Below are positions 49,659-61,846 of a DNA stretch of 64,000 nucleotides, one piece after another (within the stretch, counting starts at the first letter, position 1; each line of letters begins with the position of its first letter). Source of the stretch: Perkinsus chesapeaki ATCC PRA-425 (Eukaryota; Protista; Perkinsozoa); assembly GCA_013115145.1 (NCBI GenBank), contig JAAPAO010000101.1, positions 1-64,000 of the forward strand, written 5' to 3'. Below the pieces are notes generated by a model. The model was given only the letters and a program-made list of their open reading frames with translations, ran no database searches and was not told the DNA's origin. The translations under genes were made by a program, and so were the position numbers.

Positions 49659-50764
49659 ATGCCCCGATCCCGTTTAATCGGGTCCGCAGCTGCCCACCTG
49701 GACCGGGGGGAGCAGGGTTCAGCGTTCAACGATTTGCAAGCTGAAGTCCGACGATGGTCGCTTCAAGCGGAAAGGATGGCTGATGAGAAGGTCCTCCCGT
49801 GGGCACGCCGCCGAACGTTCGAGCTTGAGGAGTTTCGAAGCAGACTACCTCCAGAAGATGCCGAAAAGCTGCGTACGCTCTAATGATCGGTGCTGCTGCA
49901 TCGTCGCCATCAGTGAAACTCTTCATAGAGCATCTGTGGTTCACTGTTCCTCCTCTGGTAGCTGCGCTGGCGGAGACGCCTGCAAACGAAAACGTTGACC
50001 TCAAGATGATAGCCATTGATTTGGTCACGAAAGCAAACCAGCGGTGAGGAGGCTGCGCTCGATGATTTGGCGTCACTTTTCCTCAGGCCCGATGTTGCTT
50101 TATTTGTTCTCGGCTTGGCAAAGGACAACCTATCCGAGGAAGCTGTGCAACAGATTGGGTCCGAGCTTGGAACTCATTTCATGTCATCGCCCGGGTGCCT
50201 TCGACAATGTGAAACATTGTTCGTCTCTGGTTCTGTTATGACCTCCGACAAGCTCTGCGACGTCACCATGTCACGAATGTCGACGGTGTACCCTAATGAA
50301 CATGATCTCCTTGTTTTGAGGACTGTGGTTAAATGCCTAGTAGAGCGAAATTCTGACCTTGCAGAATCTTACTTTTATAAGTGTCTCGATAAACTGAATA
50401 TCAACCTTGATAGCTCCGACCAAGTAAGCAGTACTGTTTTCAAGCCTATTGTCTGACAATCTTTCCTCAGCCCCTCGGCGTGCAGGCCGCCTATCTCTTA
50501 ATAGAAGCGACAAAGGGTGAAGCGCCACCGAGAAGTTTCTTCGAAGATGTCGTTCTACGATATTGGCTTGTATTTTGCCGAGATCGATTTATACGCAATA
50601 CGGTTGAGCGGAAACTGAGTAGCTTTGCTAATCCTGACTTCGCTGTTTTATGGCCTATTCAGGGTCTCTCTACTTTCCAAGAAGAAGCTCGACAGTCGAC
50701 GAGAGTTGTTCTGACATGGAAAGCTTTCTGGACGCATTATGAGTTCAACACGCCTCATAACTGA
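49659..50764 (+). CDS. GET4: GET4/TRC35-like protein (multi-exon)
   Basis: EHDLLVLRTVVKCLVERNSDLAESYF and AYLLIEA...FFEDVVLRYWLVFCRDRFI resemble the Get4 C-terminal helices. Similarity judged by eye. Confidence 0.5.
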
Positions 50765-51789
50765 GCAGTAGTTTCTGAGTGCTAGTCATGGTTGCGTCAC
50801 TGAATCAATAATCGAATTCTCAGTAATACGATCGCTGTGGTCCACGTTTCCAATCCCAATATCTACCACAGTCTCAACAGAAATAAGTATATTAGAATCT
50901 TCAGGATGTGCGAGCAGCACGCATGACACCAGAAAATCGGAATGATGCCGTGTGTCTCGGCCGGAGCGGCCGGGCCGGTTTAGAAACACTTGCATCAACC
51001 ACAGATCGCATTAACCTGATAGTTAAGGCGGTTAATAGGGTCGTGTCGGTAGGTCCCGATAATGGACGAGATGTTGGATCTTCTCAATCCTGTCGGCTTG
51101 CTAACAACAATGGTAATAGTAGTCTTATAAGAACAAACTAGTGTATGCAACATTGCACGGAGTGAAGTATATCATCAAAGCAAGAGTCGAATGTTTCTCC
51201 CAAGCAGCAGGAGATGGTTCCGTCGAGTTAACTAAAATACGTAAACTGATCGTATTGCTATACAAAGATACACTCACTCAGCAACTACAAGGGTAGCACC
51301 TGCGGGGCAGATTACCCACAAAGTTACATTAGAAAATGGAGGAGCAGAAAGAATGGTAGCACAGAGAGCATCCGATATAGAACACTAAGAATTTTCTCAA
51401 TGAATGCTGGAACTGCAGTCTTCATCGGAGGTTAGACAGCCGCGTCTATCGTGACCTGGCTCTTTGGGCCAAGATACCCGGAATGCAACGCCTTGGGGTT
51501 ATTGATCGGTTGTTATTTAGCTATTGACAACGACGCAAAGAAAACGGTAACCTTGAAAGATTCTCAGAAAGAATGACAGATAATAAATGATCGGAAAATG
51601 CCCATGGGGTACATCACCGTTAGATAGCCTACATACTGCATGTTGCCATATAATCCTATCACAAAGCGCATGAGGAGTTGCGAAACACATGCGTAGGACT
51701 AACTTCGACGAGGGTATTGAATGGCAGTCTCTGCCACTAAATTACACATCGTAGAAGCAGTCGAAGCCCCAGTCGAACCTGCAGTGCAT

Positions 51790-52339
51790 ATCTGTGGGGC
51801 ATTTCTTGAACCACTGAGATAAACAAACTCTGTTAAAAGACACAAAGAAGTAGGCTTACAAGGCAGCGTAGACTGCAGAGTCCGGAGTAGCAGTATTTTT
51901 GAGCGGTTGATTCTCCTGGGGGGTTTGGACAGTCGGAATCGTTGGAGCACTTGGGAGTGCAAAAGCAGCTGAGAGGAAGGTCGCCTTTGTTGATCTGAGG
52001 CCAGCAAGTCAGGTGTGGCTCTATTGGCATCTTCTACAGGACAGGAAAGTTCTTTATCGTCGGGGCACTTGCATCCCGCTATTGTCCCGTTACTTAGGTG
52101 TCGCGAACAGCGGCCGATTGGTCGGGAATACGGATCTGACATACTCATCGATAGCTCACAGAATCTCAGAACCTCGCACTTTCTGAATCGAGCTGTTCTG
52201 AACTTCCTGCCTCCTGTGGCCTGAGCGAGAACCTACGGGAAGAAGATCATATGACCGATTCGGCACAAGGTCCCTCTGCTAACCTTTCGCCACTGACCAA
52301 TGCAAGGACGATGGTTGTCAATAACGTGGTCTTGCGCAT
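51790..52339 (-). CDS. Secreted cysteine-rich protein (multi-exon; 3' end unresolved)
   Basis: Signal peptide MRKTTLLTTIVLALVSG from ATG 52339; Cys-rich segments GCKCPDDKELSCP and CFCTPKCSNDSDCPNPPG...YCYSGLCSLRC. Confidence 0.55.
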
Positions 52340-52765
52340 TGTTTCCTCTGGATACCAGTTATAAACTTGCCGAGGAACGTAGTAGCCGATCTTCACGAGT
52401 AGTCCTCGGTGGAGTACAGCGGCCCAGGCCAACGCTAAGAAGAATTGCGTTGAAGGCTAATGTGGCTCAGTGTAACCCATGTAATCATTTCGCCGTAATG
52501 TGCTGTAGAGCCGGTGATAGCCTATGGCGCACACCACCCCTATCATAAGCCATGAACTTCGGCCGTCACGTTGGATGCGAAATGGTTTCGTTCTGCGGTC
52601 TAGGTCGGCAGTAATCCTCCTCTTAGCTTTGGAGGCCGCTCTGAGCGATCCAGCGGGAACCCCTGCACGCTATTCGAAGGAAATTAAGTCTCATTTGAAA
52701 AGCTCTGGACTCCAGAGTCTGGAGATTCGATGACAGCGCGAAGTTAATGGCTCGCCGTTGTTGAC

Positions 52766-53368
52766 TCAACATCCAGCTGACATCGGCTCGACATCGAAAC
52801 GCATCGTTTTCGCTCGTAGATTTTGTGGGATACTTCGTTTGACGTGCTGAATTTCAGCAGCTGAAATTCTTAGCACGGAAAAAGGAGCAATGTTTTTCAC
52901 CATCAAGCGATGCTCGTCATTCGGTAAATGAGATTGGCGGCGTGGATCACTGTCCGCACTATTGCCCGCTCCTTCGAAGAGCGACACAAATCCTCGCAGT
53001 TCTGACCAATAGTCCATCACCGCTTCTGAATCAAAGTTGTTCATTGGGCATAGCTCCGAAGTCTATCGAGGTGGGGCCTGAGCAGCAGTAACCAGGCCCT
53101 GGATTCCAGATCTTCGTTACATCATTTGTGTCCCGAAAGTTTCAAGACCCTTCTGTCGCCTCTCTAATGGTAAACGTGCCTCGACAGTAACGACCTCTAC
53201 GAGTGTTACTGAGACCCTCACAATACAACAGTACGACCTAACGGACGTGGGCTCAGCGCGAGATGAAGGCGCAGAGGGTACACAATGTTTTATCTTCTTT
53301 AATATGGGGTGTCCCGTATGCATCGGGTAGTATAATACTTCTCGCGTCATAGGCACGCGTCGTACCAT
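52766..53368 (-). CDS. Hypothetical protein (probably spliced)
   Basis: Two adjacent same-strand ORFs (83 and 92 aa) with plausible donors; no recognisable motif. Confidence 0.3.
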
Positions 53369-53467
53369 TCCGCACGCATGCGCACCGCCGCCAGCGCGGA
53401 ATGGTTTTCGCGCTCGCCCAGATTTAAACTGGTAATTTTCTGGTTGGTCGCAGACCTCTTTGATTTA

Positions 53468-53862
53468 ATGCCGAAGTCGGAGGTTTCCACCGACGATGAC
53501 CCGGTGGTTGATGAGCAGCTGGTGGTGGTGCACTTTAGGGAACTAGCTCATAGTCACTTTGGTAAGGCGGTTAACCCGGACACAGTAAGGCTTGTGGGAA
53601 TGGGTAATAATGGGAGGTGCTGGTCAAGTGTGATTTATGGGCGCCCTCAGACAAGCCCGGCGACGGCAAGTTAATACTAGAGGCGAACGGCGAGGAAGTG
53701 GCGTTCGACGCTGTGATGGCTGAGCCGCCTGGCAGCTTTTTAATTTTGGAAAAGGGTCCAGAAACGGAAAAATCTGAAGGCGATAGAGCTGCTGGTGAAG
53801 AGGAGCCTCGTCATGGTGGTAGTATAAGTGGGTCTGTGGTTGGGCTAGGTCTCCTTGGATAG
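53468..53862 (+). CDS. Small protein resembling the TFIIIC subunit 6 (Tfc7/GTF3C6) N-terminal domain; intron 53604-53650
   Basis: Spliced product ...EQLVVVHF...VRLVGMDKPGDGKLILE...EPPGSFLILEK resembles the pattern 'lvvv...l.GLDt.P.l...lGt.lifE'. Confidence 0.4.
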
Positions 53863-54111
53863 GGTATAAAGTTTACGGCACTACGCGAGGCATGATTGAT
53901 GTGTCGGTCCCTCGCCTTTCGGCAGCACCTGTATCACATAACACATCGGATCCATTAGCATCGGCACCTAGAGCACCTCGAGGAGGTGGGGCCCAGAAGG
54001 GGGCTGATGAGAGCGGGCGCTCCTCTACTATAGGGGGTGCGATGTAACGTTATTTTCTACAGTGCAATGCTGTATCGTGTTGGTGGTGAATCATTATAGG
54101 GCCAGTCTCAC

Positions 54112-55383
54112 ATGACCGACTTACTCCTATCCTCACTTTACCCGACCGTTGCTGGGCATGCGTCTCGCCCGTCGTATATGGAGTTAGCTGGGGCTACGGA
54201 TCTTTCAGCTGGTGAGCTTGCTGTCTTTCCGGACCATTATCATGGAGCTTCAGGAGCATGGCCTTCGGTACGGTTCGTGATGACAGTACTGATGGACCGA
54301 CATCCCCAACTTGCACGATGGTTGAAGCACTGGCCTACTGCTTTCACAGCTTTATTAGCCATATTAGAATATGTGTCGATAGCAGAGCACCACGCTAGTA
54401 CTACTGCTACTACTATCGTGGCCAAGTAGCTGTTGATGGATATCAGGTATGAGCGAGCATTTCTTTGGCCTCTGCCGAGAGTCGGTGGCCCTGGCTAAAC
54501 AGGAGCGGTCATCACCATTGGAGAAGCTGAAGGTTGACAGGCTACGGCAGGAAGGGGACGTCCTCACGCGGAAACAAAAGTAGTATGTTGCAAGAGGCGG
54601 CCGGGTGAGATGTGGATATCAGGGCGTTGTCGGTTTTATTGCTTTCGATGCTCCCACGATTTATAGAAGGCTCGCAGCAGAGGGGCTCCTCCAGCCAAAG
54701 TCGGCTGGCGACGGTTATAAGACAGGCTTATGTTGCTGTGGACGCTGCGTATAGGATTGCATATCTTCTAGGTAGAGTGGATGAAGGGAGGAGGAGGAGG
54801 AGCCTCCATTGAGTTAAGTTTGAGCAGGCATAAGCCCGTACTGGTCACCGTTCATGCATGTGGCTGGCATTAGGGTTGTCCGGCGGCAAGGGGACACTCA
54901 GGACGGTGGCGGCGGAGGCTTCGGTTTGAAATATCTTCTCTGGAGCCTAGTGTACGCGGTGCAATTCGGGCAATGGTAGATGATAGCTAACCGTTGAGTG
55001 TTGGAAGGTCTGGCGCATTATAGGTATATGGCGGTTCGCCCATCACTTACCTCAAAAGCCTTGCGGGGGCGTTCGCGTGCTATCCCTCCGCCGCCTTCTA
55101 GGCCCAAGCCGGCACCGGCTGATCAGGGCGGCGTAGGGCTGCCTGTGGACAAGCGCGTGTGTCCGGCTTGTCGGCAGAGACGGAGCAACCCTGCAGTGGC
55201 GGCAGTGAGCGGGTGAGCTGGGATGGTGGTGGAGTGGGATTGGTGTAGGAGTGTTCATTGTTGAGGTACGTTTATTGTTATGTGTGTTTGGTGAAGGCGG
55301 TGAGGGGGACAGGAAAGGATCCTGTGACACAATTGGAGATGAAAGAAGAACAGATTTTAAGATTGCACGAACCTGATTCATAG
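54112..55383 (+). CDS. PEX12: Peroxin 12 (RING-type peroxisomal E3 component), multi-exon
   Basis: N-terminal RPSYMEL...VLMDRHP; C-terminal degenerate RING CPACRQRRSNPAVAAVSG/YVYCYVC...DPVT; stop at 55381-55383. Confidence 0.85.
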
Positions 55384-55509
55384 CGTTTCATATCTACGAG
55401 TTTCTTTGTGACACAGTGTTTTGCCGTTAATATCTGTCGAACTGGTCTATAGGGCTGATAGACCGTGCAGCGGCCGACTAAGTGCTCTCCTGGTAGGCCC
55501 CTTTTAATA

Positions 55510-58500
55510 ATGACGTTTTCTAAATGGGAGTTTATAACCAGTCTGGTGGAGAAGGCAACGGATAAGCTCTGTAGTGGTGCTGAGAGGGAGGCTGTGAGGT
55601 GATGGGCTTCGGGCAGGTATACCGTGTTTGGGGGAAGACCCCAATGACGGCAGTGGTAGGACATGTATAGTCCCGCGAGATGATGATAAAACAGACGAGT
55701 TGAGACTGCCTTACAAATGGAAGGTCTTCTATTGGATCGGGTAGGAGGCTTCTTCGGACCTGCCCTACTCAGTGGTCTGGGATCTCCGTGTGGTGGTGGC
55801 AGCATCCACTCGCTCGTTCAGTGGCATATTCTTGGATGAGGATGATGATGTTGAATGTTCTCTGATAGATATACTTCAACAGTGGCTTTGGCGTTTTCAT
55901 TGACATTGACAGCGGTGCTGGTGGATGACATGCATCACATTAAGGAGGATAGTATAACATTTAGAGGTCTACCTGGACAAGTCAATGAAACAATTATCAA
56001 CATACCGGTGAGGATAATGATAAGCTCCTTATTGTTTAGATCGACTTATTAGGCAACAGCTGGAGGCTGGAGCTCGTTCCGTCATGACCCGGTGGGTAAT
56101 GAAATATGCTCTAAGACTCCGGATGGGGAATCGGCGATTGCTAATGCGCCGTAAGTGGGGATGTGTTGAGCCGAATGGAGCGGAGTAGTTGATGTGATTG
56201 AAATTATCTGTGAGAAAAGTTTAAACGACAGCGGCAGGATTCGAACCTGCGCAGGCAGAGCCTAGTGGATTTCGAGTCCACCTCCTTAACCACTCGGACA
56301 CGCTGTCTGTTGATTTATTGTGATGTTCGAAAAAGTGGTGGTGTATACTATACACTGTATATGTCTTTGAACAGATACGCGACCTTGGCGAAATGCGAGG
56401 CTGACAGCCCAAATTGTGGATCGTTGCGGAAGCACGACTCATTGAGCCGTTTGGCACTGGGCCTCTCTGAGCTCGGTCTCGCCCAAACCGAAACAAACAG
56501 TGGCTTGGGCAGTGAGACATTCATGCAGGTGAAGCAACTTATATGCCTCTCTGCGTCGTTATGCCTTGCCGATTCAGCTGGCTATCATCTCATTCGTGAG
56601 CCGAGTGCTAGACATAATCGGCCTCGTCGCTCATGGGCTTGCATTCATCATGCTGGTGAGACCAGAGAGCACACAGAGCAACCGCTCATGACAGCATGCA
56701 GGTATTGGTTCGACGTAGCCCACGCACCCTGCTGCTTCACAAGAACTCTGGTGGAAGTCTTAAGAGCTATATCACAGACTACTCTCCGAACTGGCAAGAT
56801 TAATGGCGCCATCAACTCTCGATATGCGCGGTTCAGGCTCGTTCTGCTCGGAGGAGTTTGCTTGCTGGTCTCCAATGGTCTTCGTGCGTCATTTCGCCAC
56901 AGTCTGACATCTCATGTGGCGGCCTATGCCATACACTGCCGAACCTCTCCCGGCGATTTCCTGAGCAAAGCCTTCCTACCTCAGGGGTAAGACCATCTGA
57001 TTATCACCCGGTCATTGCTCGAATTCAGGGGAAAGCCTGCCAACCTCGAAGCGATGGTTGCTTTCGCAAAATACGTTCACCACTCGAGCACAAGCGGTCT
57101 GAGCATGAAGCTCATTTATTTCGTTATTCTCATCGACGTGCTGGCGGTCGTTTTAGTGATCTGGTAATCTCCAACGTCTATTTTGCTCGTCCCTGTCATT
57201 TCTACCCTGGAGTTTCGTTATCACCGCCGCGCTACCACAATTACGTTCCCTCAAAGTGTGGTGTTCTTATCCTGTGGATGATGTTGTTACCTGTTCAGGG
57301 CTGGCACGCGTAATGCCTACAGTGCAAGCCGGACACACTTGACGGACTCTCAGCTCAGTCGTCTGCCTTTGTATTCAAAGATCTGGAACGTCTGGCTGAG
57401 CCTCGGTTTCCTCATATTTGCGATGGCTTGTACAACAGCCGCGGGGTGAGTGACTTTCGCTCCAAGTAGCTCCGCGCTGCCCGCTGTGGACTGCCAACTG
57501 AAATCTAGCACACTGTTTGCTGCAGACAAGTTGACTGTGTCGATATGAAAATACTGGAACCGAGAATCGAACTCGGGACCTACTGCGTGTTAGGCAGTCG
57601 TCATAACCAACTAGACCATTCCAGCTGTAATATAATTGGTTATATCACACGCATGTAGATACTCTGTGCGTCGACGAGGGTATCATTTGAACGTGCAGTT
57701 CTGGAATATCGACCGGCCTACTGGAAGGTCAGATCTTGATGATATACTGCTCAACCACCTTGAATACACTTATGCGTCTTTTGATGTAAGTCTAATACAC
57801 GCCAACATTATTAATAATATTATTCGCTGCATTTGCCTTGTATCATATCGGATGTGTTACTTTTTATTGGGAGCATCCTCCCAATCCAAGACATCCTGTT
57901 TTAGGTAGCCGACTTTGCCACCGCTATTGCGCTGCTGATAGCGTACTTGGTCTGGCTTGTAACACCAGACAAAACCCGATTCTTGTCGAAGTACTTCCAG
58001 CTGGTTGGCCTCGGATATATGCTAAGGGCTATCATCATGGTGGGCGCCGCAAGCTGCGATAATGATAATCTACACTATCGTCTCAGCCATGGACTGTTCT
58101 ACCAGCGCCATTCAGCGTATTGCAGTTCCCGGAGTGCTTCGAGCCACCTGGAAATAAGCTCTTTGGTGACATCATCACAGTCATTTTCTGCAATGATATG
58201 ATGTAACATTTCCGATAGTATTAATCCCTTGCCTACGTAGTCGTCCAGGTACTCGGGCCATGCAGCCTTCATCTGCATCCCAATATTCATAGCTCTGGCT
58301 TTCGTCGAGTACGGTCCGGTTAAGCGCAAGGCTCTGGCCTGGTTGATGCTAGCGACACTCGCCGTACCGTGTGTATTCCTAATTGTCATAGCACGCGGCC
58401 ACTATTCGATAGATGTAGCTCCCGAGGTGCCCGACGATGTCCGATGATTTCTGTGGTTCTTTCAGATCCTCGTCAGCATGACATTGTGTTCGTGCTTCGT

Positions 58501-58787
58501 ACTTCTTAATGTACCTGCCTGGAAGTTGCTTTTCGACTACGGCAGAGGTGGCTATTATCAGTTCGGAAAAGTGAGAGGCATTCCGAGGTGGTCCGAGCTT
58601 GTTGAGGCGATCGCGGCAGGTATCCGACCTCCTCGAGGAGTGCGCGGACTGCTTCCCGGATGATGAATCCGAGAGCACTGCGGCGCTGCTGGAGGATGGT
58701 GATGAGGAAGAGAAGCCCGATTGGGTGACAATTGAAAAGAAGATTTCTAATCTGAGCGATAAAGTTAGAGTAAAACGTGGACCATAG
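55510..58787 (+). CDS. Sphingomyelin/IPC synthase-like (PAP2_C superfamily) gene 1, multi-exon
   Basis: Spliced motifs GYMLRAIIM, CNDMMYSGHA (D3-like) and ARGHYSID (D4-like). Exon-by-exon colinear with gene 2 from ATG (MTFSKWE vs MSSSKWE) to the C-terminal PDW..ExKIS.LS.K. Confidence 0.85.
56226..56307 (-). tRNA. tRNA-Ser: tRNA-Ser(CGA), intronic and antisense to synthase gene 1
   Basis: 82 nt: acceptor GACAGCG/CGCTGTC, D-arm GTCCGAGTGGTTAAGGAG, anticodon arm GTGGA-CTCGAAA-TCCAC, long variable arm, GGTTCGAATCC. Confidence 0.97.
57552..57625 (-). tRNA. tRNA-Val: tRNA-Val(AAC), intronic and antisense to synthase gene 1
   Basis: 74 nt: acceptor GCTGGAA/TTCCAGT, D-arm GGTCTAGTTGGTTATGAC, anticodon arm ACTGC-CTAACAC-GCAGT, GAGTTCGATTCTC. 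Confidence 0.96.
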
Positions 58788-58946
58788 TCCGCTGACATGT
58801 TTACTGTGTATTCAAATATCCTGTTCAAGAAGTGTGCATTGCGTTCGATCACATCGAGTTCGCCGCAAGCAACAGCGGAGCAAGAACACGCGACAGAAAG
58901 CCGTTGTTTCGACAGGCCCCTTGTGGAGCAAGTGCTCCCACTCATC

Positions 58947-61846
58947 ATGTCATCTTCCAAATGGGAAGCTTTCGCGAACTGGACGGACAAGATCACTGAC
59001 AGGCTTTGTAGCAACTGACATCAAGCTGCACGAATGTAACGTTGCAGGCCTCCCATGTTTGGGACCCGATATTCATACCAATCCACGAACTTTCGTCTTC
59101 CAACGGGAGAGTGAAGGAGACAATGTCGTCATCGGGAAGATGGGGTTGTCGTATAAGTGGGCAGTTATCTACGGTTTAGGGTAAGCTGCAGGCACTTGCT
59201 CGATTATACTTGTGCTGGCTGATCTGGTCGAGATGGTGCGCTGCATTGCGGGATGCTTCTGTTGATAAGATACATAGCAGCCGCAGCGATATCTTTGGTA
59301 CTTCTTACAACATCTGTTATCCTCGATGATGTCCATGCCATTAAGCCAGGATCGATGGTCTTCACCGGCCTGCCGGGGCAACTTAAACCTGTGCAGGTCG
59401 ACATCCCGGTGAGTGGTGTTATCGCAGAGTAGAGCGACTGGGGTGTCATTACTTCGATGAGACTCGTCGAGAATGTCGTTGTTACGGTCAAAACTAATGA
59501 TAGAATTAACCCGAGTAGCAGCCAGCGAATCCACTACCATCTGCAGGCATCTCGTGGTGGATGGCGCACGCTCCGATACAACTACCCGAACGAAGGCGAA
59601 ATATGTCCTCTTAAAGAGAAGGAGAAGCGGCCGGCAATTGCGAGGTGATTCTGCTGTGCATAGGTCACGTCGGCCATGGATGGATCTCAGGTATTCGACT
59701 CTAGCTCAATGTGAGATAGAGGGTCAGAGGTGCGCAGCAGATCGGAAGAACGACTCGCTGAGTGGAATCGCGCTGAGCTTGACCGATATTGGTCTGGCTC
59801 AGATCGAAACTAATAGTGGACTCGGAGCAGAGACTCTTGAAGATGTGAGGAATGAAACAGTGGCAGACGACACTCACCTCGTTGTCAGTTCTCCAATATT
59901 TCCTTCTTGAACCGCGTGCTGGATATTTCAGCGCTGACGTGTCATGCTCTGGCATTCCTGCTGCTGGTAAGTAGTGCTCTACGGCCTGCTCACATAGAGA
60001 CCGTGTGGATCCTTCAGAGGTCCTATTTGTTAGCCTTAGAATTGTTCGCCTTAGGTTGGCATGCGCAGGCTTCCTCGCTCGGTGCTCCTACACAGAAGTG
60101 AGAAGTCGGACTTTATCTCCTTCGCCATGGACTATGCTCCACACTGGTCAGACCGACTCCCATACGTTCTCAAAAGTTGGTGGTGATTCAGGTTGGTTAT
60201 GCTAGGAGGAGTGCTGTTATTTCTCTCCACTGCCCTGGCAACATCTTTCCGCCACGATCTGACCTCCCATATAGCAGCTTATGGCATTGCCTGTCACACT
60301 AGTCCCGGTGATCCTGTGAGACTTGCATTTAATCCCGGGAAGTAATAGCTGTGTCTATTGGGCTTGAAACACGTACTCTATCCAGTAAAGACCCGTCGAA
60401 TCTGGACGCCATGCTGGTATTCGCCGAGTACGTCTACAGATCTGGCAGGGCCGGCATTAGCGTAGCTCTCTCGACAGCCGTGGTCTACATTGACCTATTC
60501 GCATCTATATTAGTTATCTGGTAAGTTCCTATTGTAAGGTACCTAAAAGGTGTACTTGCTTGTCTTTCAGGGCCGGCACTCGCGGGGCTTACCATAAAGA
60601 TCGCGCCAAGTTAACGGACTCTCAGCTCAGCAGACTCCCTTTTTACTCCAAGATCTGGCCTTTACTCGTCAGTGTGGCATTCTTGGCTTTCTCGCTGGCC
60701 TCTACTTGGTTTGCTGGGTGAGTTTGTCGGTTATTACTGCCTCCTCGATGGCACTCGCTACTTTGCGTTTTATAGGTATTGGACCAGAGTTAGGGGCTTC
60801 CCATTGAACGAGCGTTTCTGGAATATAGACCGCCCACTTGGGCGCGCTGACCTGGATGACATCATCCTCAACAATCTAGCAATTACGTATGCATCGTATG
60901 AAGTAGTCTGCCCCTAGCAGTCATAGCGCATGAGACTTATTCCTTCCAGGTCGCGGATTTTGCCACTGGTATTTGGGCACTCATCGGTTTCCTTCTCTGG
61001 CTTGTAACCCCCGACAAGAGCCAGTTCCTCTCCAAATATGCGCAGCTTCTGGGGTTAGCGTATTTCCTCCGAGCTATCATCGTGGTAAGTGCAGTTAAAA
61101 CAACAGTCGTGGACTGTACGACTCTACTTAGCCATGGACCGTGTTACCTGCTCCCACCAGTATAGTGCAAGTGCCGATGTGCTACAGAAAGCCTGAAGGC
61201 GCCATATTTGGGGATATCATAACAGCTGTCTATTGCAATGATATGATGTAAGATATTTCCGTCTGCTTTCCAAATACCATTCCTCTCAAGGTACTCTGGT
61301 CATGCAGCCTTCATATCGCTGCCCTGCCTCATCGCTATAGCATTTGTCGTGTACGGTCCTGTTCAGAGGAAGGTTCTTGCCATATGTGTTTTATTAATTG
61401 CGGTGGTGCCTTCCGTAGCAGTTGTTGTGATATCCCGAGCTCACTACACGATGGATGTAGGGCAGTTCGGTAGTGGGTGTTACTGAATTTCCCGTTCTGT
61501 TAGATTCTGGTCAGCTTATTGGTGACCAGCTCCCTCACCTTACTGAACGTTCCAGCTTGGAAAGCTCTCTTCAATTACGGAAACGATCCTGGGATGCGTG
61601 CCAAAGACGTAGAGCATTATCAATGAGTTGGACCGTTGCAGACGCCTTTGCTTTCGTTTCCAGGTTAGCGCGCTGTTGGATGAGTGCAACGACTACCTTG
61701 AAAGACAGGTCGACCTGGAAACCTCGGGTCTGCTGGGCGACACATTGCCACCTGATTGGGCTGCCGTTGAACGAAAGATTTCGGCTCTTAGCGAGAAGCT
61801 CTCGCAACAAAGAGGAGCCCAACCCAAGCTTGATAATTACGCTTAA
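58947..61846 (+). CDS. Sphingomyelin/IPC synthase-like gene 2, tandem paralog
   Basis: Spliced motifs AYFLRAII, CNDMMYSGHA and SRAHYTMD; shared intron positions and phases with gene 1; starts 160 nt after the gene 1 stop. Confidence 0.85.
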
